Origin: Chitinophagales bacterium
GTDB taxonomy: Bacteria > Bacteroidota > Bacteroidia > Chitinophagales > LD1
Direction of reading: 5' to 3'
Length of the DNA: 64,000 nt
NCBI GenBank assembly: GCA_016786765.1
Contig: JAEUUZ010000017.1
Coordinates: forward strand, 104,077-168,076
Part shown: piece after piece, positions 36,790 through 45,315 of the stretch
Numbering within the stretch: position 1 is the first letter of the stretch
How the letters are laid out: the number at the start of each line of letters is the position of its first letter
Translations under genes and position numbers: made by a program
The notes under the pieces: generated by a model
Seen by the model: only the letters and a program-made list of their open reading frames with translations
What the model was told of the DNA's origin: nothing
The model's database searches: none

Positions 36790-39624
36790 GTGAAGGCAAA
36801 TAAAAAACATATTAATACAAGTGCAAAGTTGGGCTCAGGCAATTCAGCAGTAGCTACTCCTATATGGGAGCGGAAGTATTTTCTTGATTTCTTGATTTTT
36901 GCCTTTTCTTTTTTGTTGTATGCGAATAGTATTCCAAATGAATATAATTTGGATGATGAGTTGGTAACAATTAATCATCGCCTGACGTCCAAAGGAATAT
37001 CAGCAATTTCCGAAATTTTTGCATCACCCTATTATCAAGACGAATCGGGTTATTCTTACGAATACAGGCCTGTGGTATTGACCTCTTTCGCTATAGAACA
37101 TGATATTTTTGGTGATAATCCACATTGGAGTCATTTTTGGAATGTCATACTCTATTCACTTACATGTGTGATATTGTTTCGTGTTCTTCGAATATTATTT
37201 CAAAATTATTCTCCGCTAATTGCTATAGCAATCACTCTTCTTTTTGTTGCGCATCCGGCACATACAGAGGTTGTTTGTAGTATTAAAAATAGGGACGAAA
37301 TTTTTGGGTTGATGTTTAGTCTGTTGAGTTTATATTTTGCGGTAAAGAGTTTTCGTGACAAGAAGTGGCATTTGCTAATAGTAGTGCTCCTATTTTTTGT
37401 TTTGTCGTTAATGAGCAAAATAACATTTTTGTCTTTTGCAATACTCATTCCTCTAGCTATATTATTTTTTGTAGAATTTAGTTTTATCCCTTTCCTTTTT
37501 GTTGTTACCTCCTTATTAATCGTTGTTGTTACTTTTGCCGACACGAGCAATATTTTCATCAAAATAGGTATTGTTCTCTTTGGTGCAGGCTTAACTATAA
37601 TCTTTTTCTTTATTAAACACTTCCATCAGGTGAGTACCATGGTTGCTAAAATGTTTAGCTGGTTATTCGATAGAAAAAAATATTCTCTTGATAATGTAAA
37701 TGACTTGCCTAAAAGCACAACTAACGACCTCTTCAAAGATGGTTTTAATATAGCCACTCTTAAAAAATCTTTTTTGTTTATTTTTTTGAATGTCCTGTTT
37801 ATTGTATCTACGCTCCACAGTCTATATTATTTGCAATGCTTAGTAGTGGCTATTTGTGTGTTGTTGCTGTTTTGGAAAGATGAATTTGTGGTATTGCTCA
37901 GTACCTGCTCCATTTATGTCTTTATTCTGTTTAGATCATATCATTTCGGTTATTTCGATCACAAAGAATTTATAGATTTTCTTATCATTCCTATTACCTA
38001 TAATTTAATTTATGGCAATCGAGTTTTGATTGTCCCAAGCCTTATAGCAATTATTGTTACTATTATTACAAGCTTTTATAGCCCGATTTATGCTATGAGT
38101 TTTGAGGCATTAAAACCAATCTTGTTTATTGTATTTATGCTTCTTTTTAGATTTAAGTATGGCTGGATAGGTTTAGTAGCATATGCTTTAGGCGATATTT
38201 TTGTTTTTTTTACTTCAGGTTTAGGAGAACTCTCTACTGATAAGTTCAAGTTTATCTTTAATCAACTTGTTTTTTTCTCAACGGTTGCGTTAACTCTTTC
38301 AATTGTCTTTAAAAGATATCATTGGATTCTTGCAAAAGGTATATTAGTTATGGTTGTTTTTCTTTCTATTGTTCAGCATCCTCAACAAAAAGAAAGATAT
38401 GAAATGGTAGAAAAAACAGTAAAAATAATTGGTGACATTAACCCTAAAGTTATTTCTCAAGTAACGAATAGACCCATCGACTTTGCAGAGAATAGCATTG
38501 ATTTCGTAAAAACACCTCAAAGAGTTAAAGCCGGAACATCGTTAGTGATCTTGTTGCATTACTTAAAAACTGTTGCTATTCCCTACCCACTTTCTTTTTA
38601 TTATGGATACAGTTTCATCACTCCGTTGGATGTAATGGATGCAATTCCGTTACTCGCTTTAATTTTGTATTTGATAATTATTACTGTAGGAGGATTTTTG
38701 TTTTGGAAAAACAGGCTAATTTGTTTTGGAATATTGTTCTATCTGATTTCATTGGCAACATTCTCAAACTACTTCCAACCCGTTCCCGGGATGGTGGCCG
38801 ATCGTTTCTTACTAATACCTTCAATTGGATGGTTAATTGTTTTGGTAGCGATACTGTTTGTAGCTTTCAAAATAGATTTAAAAACACCAAAACTGATGCC
38901 GATTCCTGCCGGATTTTTTCGCTATATTTTTGGCTTTATTTTTATTGCTTATTCACTTCTTTCGTTTTCCCGAAACAGGCAATGGAAAGATTATCTTACA
39001 CTTGCCAGACACGATATCCAATATGTTTCTACGTCAACCCAAGCTCATAATCTTTTAGGGCTTCGTTTGATGAAATCCTCTTATGATAGTACTAATTTAG
39101 CAACTCAACTTGCCCTTCGACAGGAAGCTTTAGGCCACTTCAAAAGAGCAGTAGAAATTTATCCTGCATTCTTTAACGCAACTTTTGATATTGGTAGGGT
39201 TTATACCATTTTGAATTTGCCGGATAGCGCATTAGTATATTATGAAAGGGCCACAAAAATGAATACTACATTTGCTGATGCATTTACTGCTGCAGGTGAT
39301 ATTTACTTTCAAAAAGGACAACTAGACTCAGCAAGGATTCGTTATGAAAAGCTAATCGAAATCTTCCCAACTCAATATGTAGGCTACGATAAGGTTAGTT
39401 ATATGTATTTTCTGCAAAAGGAATACTACAAATCGATTATTGTAAACAAAGAAGCTATGGTCAAAATCCCTTCTAATCCTCAAGCACACATAAGCATTGC
39501 TAAAGCTTTTTACACACTAGGTATAATGGATAGTGTGTCATATTATTTAAAAAAAGCATTGGAAGTTGACCCAGGTAACCAAGAAGCGGCAGGGTTACTT
39601 CAAAATTTAAGCACTAGGCGATAA
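36790..39624 (+). CDS. GT-C-like polytopic membrane protein fused to C-terminal TPR repeats (TMTC/PMT-like architecture)
   Basis: GTG start, with no in-frame ATG before TM1. 944 aa. The acidic loop-1 motif 'NEYNLDDELV' follows TM1 as in PMT/TMTC enzymes. More than 15 TM helices. The C-terminal ~230 aa carries TPR-like repeats ('AVEIYPAFFNATFDIGRVY', 'ALVYYERATKMNTTFADAF', 'YLKKALEVDPGNQEA'). Confidence 0.6.
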   Translation: MKANKKHINTSAKLGSGNSAVATPIWERKYFLDFLIFAFSFLLYANSIPNEYNLDDELVTINHRLTSKGISAISEIFASPYYQDESGYSYEYRPVVLTSFAIEHDIFGDNPHWSHFWNVILYSLTCVILFRVLRILFQNYSPLIAIAITLLFVAHPAHTEVVCSIKNRDEIFGLMFSLLSLYFAVKSFRDKKWHLLIVVLLFFVLSLMSKITFLSFAILIPLAILFFVEFSFIPFLFVVTSLLIVVVTFADTSNIFIKIGIVLFGAGLTIIFFFIKHFHQVSTMVAKMFSWLFDRKKYSLDNVNDLPKSTTNDLFKDGFNIATLKKSFLFIFLNVLFIVSTLHSLYYLQCLVVAICVLLLFWKDEFVVLLSTCSIYVFILFRSYHFGYFDHKEFIDFLIIPITYNLIYGNRVLIVPSLIAIIVTIITSFYSPIYAMSFEALKPILFIVFMLLFRFKYGWIGLVAYALGDIFVFFTSGLGELSTDKFKFIFNQLVFFSTVALTLSIVFKRYHWILAKGILVMVVFLSIVQHPQQKERYEMVEKTVKIIGDINPKVISQVTNRPIDFAENSIDFVKTPQRVKAGTSLVILLHYLKTVAIPYPLSFYYGYSFITPLDVMDAIPLLALILYLIIITVGGFLFWKNRLICFGILFYLISLATFSNYFQPVPGMVADRFLLIPSIGWLIVLVAILFVAFKIDLKTPKLMPIPAGFFRYIFGFIFIAYSLLSFSRNRQWKDYLTLARHDIQYVSTSTQAHNLLGLRLMKSSYDSTNLATQLALRQEALGHFKRAVEIYPAFFNATFDIGRVYTILNLPDSALVYYERATKMNTTFADAFTAAGDIYFQKGQLDSARIRYEKLIEIFPTQYVGYDKVSYMYFLQKEYYKSIIVNKEAMVKIPSNPQAHISIAKAFYTLGIMDSVSYYLKKALEVDPGNQEAAGLLQNLSTRR

Positions 39625-41247
39625 TTTTTCTATTCTAAAATTCCCAAGATAGAGCATGTCTAATCCGCTGGAATAGAAAGATGCTATTGCCTCTCTTGGG
39701 GTATTCACAATGGGTTCGTGGTTGAGATTAAAGCTAGTGTTTAGTAGAACACCATAGCCGGTTAGTTTTTTAAATGCTGAAAGTAATCCAAAGTAAAGGG
39801 GGTTGTCTGATTCGCAAACAGTTTGAATTCTACATGTTTCATCGGCATGAACAACGGCCGGAATTTTTTGTATTATGTTTTGCGCAACTTGATATACAAG
39901 TGTCATATAAGGGGCTTTCTTTGCTTTTCCTTGAAAAAATAGATTGATGTCTTGTTCTAAAACTGAAGCACCGAAGGGTCGAAACGATTCTCTAAATTTT
40001 ATCTTTTGATTGACGATTTTTTGCATTTCTGGTAAACACGGATTGGCTAAAATACTCCTGTTTCCTAAAGCTCTAGGGCCAAACTCCATTTTTCCCTGAA
40101 ACCAAGCAATTACCTTGCCTTCAGCTAAGTCTTTAGCCGCAGATTCAACAATATCCACTGGTTTTGTAAAGTTCACTTGGCAGATTTGAAGTGTTTCTTG
40201 AATCGATTCTGCTGAAAACTCGTTCCCTAAAAAGGTATTGTTAGGTGTAACAGGATTAAGCTTTGACTCTAATCCAGCTAACCAAGCCGCACCCATCGAT
40301 ATACCGGCATCGGAAGCAGCAGGTTGAATAAAAATATTGTCTACAACACTCGCATTCATTATCTTTTGATTCATCAAACAGTTTAAGCTGACACCCCCAC
40401 TCAAACAAACATTACGAATTCCTGTGTGTTGAATGTAGTGTTGGGTGAGATGCAATACCGTTGCTTCCAAATGAAATTGAGCTGAAGCGGCTACATCTTT
40501 GTAAAACTGGGTAATGGTTGTTCCCGGTATACGTTTTTCTTTTCCTATTTTATCAATAAACAATTGGTTGAAATTCATTTCATCTCGATGCAATGAAGGC
40601 GCCAGAGGAGCTGGTACTTCTATATATGCGGTATTCAGTTGAAATTCTCCATTGGCGTAAGGCAATAACCACGAAAAATCAAACTTAGTTTTGTCGCCAA
40701 ATGCAGCTAATCCCATGAGTTTGTATTCTTCACTATCTTTAGTGAATCCGCAATATTGAGTGATTAATGAATAAAAAAGTCCAAGACTTTGCGGGCGGTC
40801 ATAACGTTTAATGACTTCAATTTTATTTTTTTTGCCAATAGCGATTTGAACTGAAACACCATCACCAGAATTATCCAAAGTAATGAGGAGGGCCTCATCA
40901 AATCCTGAACTAAAAAAGCTTCCCGCAGCATGACAATCGTGGTGATGATATCTTTTTATTGGGGGTGAGTAGCCGAAAAAATTTTTGAAATAGGTTTCGA
41001 TTTTCTTGTCAAAGTCTTGCCCCCAGGTTGATCCGTGAAAAGCAACTGTTCCAATATCCTGTATAGTAATATTGCCTATTTTCAATACTTCAACAATAGC
41101 CGAATATGGAAGTTTACCAGCGGAAAACTTAACTCTACTTATTCGCTCTTCTTCAATGGCTGCAATTACTTTGCCATTGTGAATCAAACACGCGCTTACA
41201 TCTTGATAGCCTTGTCTAAATCCTCCATTTATGCCTAAAATATACAT
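39607..41247 (-). CDS. carbamoyltransferase (NodU/CmcH/TobZ family)
   Basis: 546 aa. The N-terminus 'MYILGINGGFRQGYQDVSACLIHNGKVIAAIEEERISRVK' and 'YHHHDCHAAGSF' are hallmark regions of this family. Confidence 0.85.
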   Translation of the reverse strand: MYILGINGGFRQGYQDVSACLIHNGKVIAAIEEERISRVKFSAGKLPYSAIVEVLKIGNITIQDIGTVAFHGSTWGQDFDKKIETYFKNFFGYSPPIKRYHHHDCHAAGSFFSSGFDEALLITLDNSGDGVSVQIAIGKKNKIEVIKRYDRPQSLGLFYSLITQYCGFTKDSEEYKLMGLAAFGDKTKFDFSWLLPYANGEFQLNTAYIEVPAPLAPSLHRDEMNFNQLFIDKIGKEKRIPGTTITQFYKDVAASAQFHLEATVLHLTQHYIQHTGIRNVCLSGGVSLNCLMNQKIMNASVVDNIFIQPAASDAGISMGAAWLAGLESKLNPVTPNNTFLGNEFSAESIQETLQICQVNFTKPVDIVESAAKDLAEGKVIAWFQGKMEFGPRALGNRSILANPCLPEMQKIVNQKIKFRESFRPFGASVLEQDINLFFQGKAKKAPYMTLVYQVAQNIIQKIPAVVHADETCRIQTVCESDNPLYFGLLSAFKKLTGYGVLLNTSFNLNHEPIVNTPREAIASFYSSGLDMLYLGNFRIEKLSPSA

Positions 41248-41249
41248 CG

Positions 41250-42047
41250 TTACAATCCTGAAAACTGAGTTCCTTTTTTGGTTGGTGATGGAATGGTTAT
41301 ATCTACAACTTTTAAGTCTCCTGCAAATTCATTGAATTCTCCTTGCGCTAATATGCCTGTTTCGTTAACAGCTAAAGAGCAACCTACCATTTTTTTTCCT
41401 TCATAGGGCCCGCCTACAATATAGCCCACACTCGTTGTGCTTAGTACTGGTATTTGATATTTTTTTGCAATGATAGAAAGGGGTTCAATCCATTTCGTTT
41501 TATAAGGGTCCATTTCTTCTGTAACAAAGTGATCAACTGTCCACGAAGATGGCGAAAGAATAAGTTGAGCTCCCATTCTAGCCAACATATGACCATTGTA
41601 AATAGAATCAATATAATTATCTGCACATATATTTAATCCTATTTTACCAAACGGAGTGTTTGCTACTTCTAGCTTCTGGCCTACCTCATAATAGGGAAAT
41701 TCAACTTCCAGTAGGTTTATTTTAGCATATTTCAAAACGATTTTACCTGTCGAGTCAATAAGTAATGCCGTATTATAATTCTTGCTGCCTAATTTCTCCG
41801 TTAATCCCAGGCAAAGCCAAACATTATGATGAGCTGCTAGATGGCAAAAAAAATCGGAATATAGTCCAGGAATTGGTGCTGCCTCATTTAGTGCAGAGGG
41901 ATGTGTCCAAGCAAAGTCAAGTGTTTCAGGTAATAACATTAGGTCGCACCCTTCCCGCTTTCCTTGGAGGATTAACTTTTCGGCTCGTTCAAGATTGCGT
42001 TCCGGTTCTCCGCCTTCTACTAAAAGTTGCGCCATTCCTATACGCAT
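41250..42047 (-). CDS. carbon-nitrogen hydrolase (nitrilase superfamily)
   Basis: The track start at 42053 is TTG; the ATG at 42047 lies 2 nt after the upstream stop. Glu in 'LMLLPETLDF', Lys in 'VLKYAKINLLE' and Cys in 'GLNICADNY' form the E-K-C triad pattern. Confidence 0.8.
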   Translation of the reverse strand: MRIGMAQLLVEGGEPERNLERAEKLILQGKREGCDLMLLPETLDFAWTHPSALNEAAPIPGLYSDFFCHLAAHHNVWLCLGLTEKLGSKNYNTALLIDSTGKIVLKYAKINLLEVEFPYYEVGQKLEVANTPFGKIGLNICADNYIDSIYNGHMLARMGAQLILSPSSWTVDHFVTEEMDPYKTKWIEPLSIIAKKYQIPVLSTTSVGYIVGGPYEGKKMVGCSLAVNETGILAQGEFNEFAGDLKVVDITIPSPTKKGTQFSGL

Positions 42048-42049
42048 TT

Positions 42050-43240
42050 TCAACGAAATTTTAAGGTGAAATACTTATCGTAGACCACTTGTGTAAAGAT
42101 ACCCAGCTTTGTCAAAATCCAAACTGGAAATTGAGCGAATTTCATCCAACGATAACTGTTTGGGTAATCCCACCAATTTTTAGGAGGTAACTGAAGGTAA
42201 TTGTCGAATTCTTCTTGTGTTATGCCAAGTCGTTTGATACAGAGAGAAATAATTTTCGGGTCCTCAATTTGATAAGGTTGCAACGATTTTTGAAGTGCGA
42301 TATCACGATGAAACTGCCCGCTTCTAATCAATGCAGAGTATTCAATGAGTCGGAAATTAATATTAAATTTTGTGCGATGTATATAAGTAATAAGAGCCCA
42401 ATACAAATCGTCAAAATAATGTGCTCCCGGATAAACCCAATCTAATTCGCGAGATAAAATTTCACCCGATTCTTCACGAGAGTAGGGATAATTGTATAGT
42501 GGAGAGTGTACTCGTATTCCATTAAGTACAGTGTAAAAAAACATCTCCTTTATTCCTAAATTATAACCAGCTTCATTTGGTTTCCATTTTCTTAATTGAA
42601 TAGAGCCGAATTGTTTTTGAATTGCACGTAAATGATCTCCATCAAAGTAGGCCCAGGCAAGCGGGCGGATACCTTCGGTACGAAAACTTTGTCCGAAAAG
42701 GATGTGTTTTACTTTTTCTTTATAGGCTACAGAATAGAGCGCAGCACCAATACCCACATCGGTTCCATTATTTAAGAGCGGAGTAGAGGCTTTTAGATCA
42801 GTAATTTTCAAATCTTTACATTCTCTAAAATCTGAAGTAATAGTGCGTAATTCTACATTTAATTTTCTGACGGCTTTAAGCATGTTTTCTCCAGCAACTG
42901 GATTGTCGAACCCATCATTGAAATGCACGGCAAGCGGTCTTAAATTCCATTTTGTAACGGCTAGATATAGAAGATAAATACTGTCCCTTCCACCACTAAT
43001 TCCAATAACACAGTCGTATTTTTTATTTGAACCATCTTTTTTTATTGCGGCAAATTTCTTTTTCAATATTTTTTCTCCGCGCTCATCATTAGGGAAAGTA
43101 GCAACAAATTTATCGTGCAATTTGCATAGCGTACATTCGCCATTGTTATCAAAAGCTATACCTGGAATAGTATTGTCACAGATGCATCTAGTACATTGCT
43201 GATAGTTGATGTTTTTTTGAAATCCGCTAACGCTTAACAT
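42050..43240 (-). CDS. PP-loop N-acetyl-sugar amidotransferase (WbuX/LfnA-like)
   Basis: 396 aa. N-terminal Cys4 ribbon 'CTRCICDN...NGECTLC' followed by 'VIGISGGRDSIYLLY' (SGGxDS PP-loop). Confidence 0.75.
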   Translation of the reverse strand: MLSVSGFQKNINYQQCTRCICDNTIPGIAFDNNGECTLCKLHDKFVATFPNDERGEKILKKKFAAIKKDGSNKKYDCVIGISGGRDSIYLLYLAVTKWNLRPLAVHFNDGFDNPVAGENMLKAVRKLNVELRTITSDFRECKDLKITDLKASTPLLNNGTDVGIGAALYSVAYKEKVKHILFGQSFRTEGIRPLAWAYFDGDHLRAIQKQFGSIQLRKWKPNEAGYNLGIKEMFFYTVLNGIRVHSPLYNYPYSREESGEILSRELDWVYPGAHYFDDLYWALITYIHRTKFNINFRLIEYSALIRSGQFHRDIALQKSLQPYQIEDPKIISLCIKRLGITQEEFDNYLQLPPKNWWDYPNSYRWMKFAQFPVWILTKLGIFTQVVYDKYFTLKFR

Positions 43241-43310
43241 AGGCTAATACAATAAAATAACAAGAGATCACAGATTTTTTCTATTTTACAAATTAAAACA
43301 TCTTTTCTAA

Positions 43311-44393
43311 ATGTCAGTACCTTTTGTTGATTTAAATCCTATCCACATACCAATTATGGATGAAGTCAATTATGCCATCAAAAGGGTAATAGATAGTAAA
43401 GATTTTATACGAAGTAATGTAGTTGAAAAATTTGAAGAAAATTTCGCGAATTATATTGGAGTAAAATACGCTATTGGTTGTGCAAATGGCACTGATGCAC
43501 TCGAGTTGGCACTTGAAGTGCTTGGTTTAAGTCAGAATGATGAGGTTATTGTTCCGGTACATTCATGGGTATCTACTGCGAGTGCTGTTCATCGTTTGGG
43601 CGCAAAAGTGGTATTTGCAGATACTCTTATTGAAGAGTATACGATTAATCCGGCTAGTATTAGTCAGAAAATAACATCAAAAACAAAAGCAATTATAGTT
43701 GTTCACCTATACGGACATCCCTGCCAAATGGACGAGATTATGGCTATTGCTCAAAAGCACAATATTATAATCATTGAAGATTGTGCACAAGCCCATGGTG
43801 CAATGTACAAAGGGAAAAAAGTAGGCTCATTTGGACTTTTGAGTTGTTTCAGTTTTTATCCGAGCAAAAATCTTGGTGCATTTGGTGATGCAGGAGCAGT
43901 ATTAACAAACGAAAAGGTGTTTGCCGAACGAGTTAAATTTATCGCTAATTGTGGCCAAATTTCAAAAAATGAAATTGCATATATTGGTCGAAACAGTAGA
44001 CTTGATGCTATTCAGGCGGCAATTTTGGATGTTAAACTCAAATATCTAGACGAATGGAATGTTTCTCGTAGGAGGTTAGCACACATGTATACAAAAAAGT
44101 TGGCAAAATCCACATTAATAACTCCAGTAGAAAAAACGGGGTTTTATCATGTATATCATCTCTATGTTGTAAAATCTTCAAGGCGAGCGGAAGTTGTACG
44201 AGAATTTGAAGCAAATCATATAAGTTGTATGATTCATTACCCCTATATTCTTAGTGACCTCAAGCCATTTAGTAGCACAGAGGATTTTCCAAATGCTCGA
44301 ACTTACCAGAATCAAATTATATCCTTGCCAATGTATGCATATATGGAGGAGCATAAAATAGAGTTTGTTCAAAAATTTCTCTCCACGCTATAA
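43311..44393 (+). CDS. DegT/DnrJ/EryC1/StrS-family PLP-dependent sugar aminotransferase
   Basis: 360 aa with 'VPFVDLNP', 'CANGTDALELAL', 'IIEDCAQAHGA' and 'FSFYPSKNLGAFGDAGA' (PLP Lys). Confidence 0.9.
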   Translation: MSVPFVDLNPIHIPIMDEVNYAIKRVIDSKDFIRSNVVEKFEENFANYIGVKYAIGCANGTDALELALEVLGLSQNDEVIVPVHSWVSTASAVHRLGAKVVFADTLIEEYTINPASISQKITSKTKAIIVVHLYGHPCQMDEIMAIAQKHNIIIIEDCAQAHGAMYKGKKVGSFGLLSCFSFYPSKNLGAFGDAGAVLTNEKVFAERVKFIANCGQISKNEIAYIGRNSRLDAIQAAILDVKLKYLDEWNVSRRRLAHMYTKKLAKSTLITPVEKTGFYHVYHLYVVKSSRRAEVVREFEANHISCMIHYPYILSDLKPFSSTEDFPNARTYQNQIISLPMYAYMEEHKIEFVQKFLSTL

Positions 44394-44407
44394 AAATTTC
44401 ATTATAT

Positions 44408-45274
44408 ATGAACGAGATATTCAAGAATAAAGATTGGCAGAAACAATTTTCTAGATATGGGTATGTTATCATACCAAGCATTCTTAATCCTAGTGAAATT
44501 AAACAGATAAGAGATACCTATTCTAAGTTTTCAAACGAGATTACTCAATCTTTTCATACTTCTCATTTTAGCATAAACGTTAATTATAAAAAGACTATTC
44601 AAGAAAAAATTATCGAAATTGTTTACCCAAATTTACTGCCGCTTCTCAATAACTATGTTCCCGTTTTTGCTAATATGATGGTGAAAAGTGCAGACACAAA
44701 TAATTTTCTTCAAATGCATGCCGATTGGACTTATGTTGATGAAACTAAATTTCGATCCATTTCAGCATGGATCCCATTAGTTGATACTAACAAACAAAAT
44801 GGATGTTTTGGTGTAATTGACGAGTCTCATGTTTTTACGAATTTGATTCGAGGTCCACGAATACAACAAAACAATTTTAAGAGAGACAGAGTTTGGGTGA
44901 AAAAATATGGCAAACTAATATGTTTAAAAGCAGGTGACGCAATTATTTTTGATCATGCACTGTTGCATTTTTCTCTAGCTAATTTTTCTGGCGTGGTTCG
45001 ACCAGCCATAAATATGTCTATGGTGCCAAAAGATGTTGAGGTAGTTCATTACTGTGTACCTACAGGAGCTAATGAAATTGAGAAATACATTGTGGACGAC
45101 CTTAATTTTTATTTGGAATATGACAATTGGGAACGGCCTCGAATAGGAAAACCTGTTGAATATTTACCTATTGAAACAATCAAATACATTGATTATCATC
45201 TTGAAAACTATGGGAAAACTCACCTGAGTCTTGGTGGGCGTTTTATTAGTTTTCTAAAAGGGCATTTTGTGTAA
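44408..45274 (+). CDS. PhyH-family Fe(II)/2OG dioxygenase
   Basis: 288 aa. 'MHADWTYVDE' (HxD), 'NGCFGVIDESH', 'LLHFSLAN' (distal His), 'VRPAINM' (Arg). Confidence 0.75.
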   Translation: MNEIFKNKDWQKQFSRYGYVIIPSILNPSEIKQIRDTYSKFSNEITQSFHTSHFSINVNYKKTIQEKIIEIVYPNLLPLLNNYVPVFANMMVKSADTNNFLQMHADWTYVDETKFRSISAWIPLVDTNKQNGCFGVIDESHVFTNLIRGPRIQQNNFKRDRVWVKKYGKLICLKAGDAIIFDHALLHFSLANFSGVVRPAINMSMVPKDVEVVHYCVPTGANEIEKYIVDDLNFYLEYDNWERPRIGKPVEYLPIETIKYIDYHLENYGKTHLSLGGRFISFLKGHFV

Positions 45275-45315
45275 TGCGGGAATTTGGCATGTTAAGATCT
45301 TCAAGCTAACGGATT

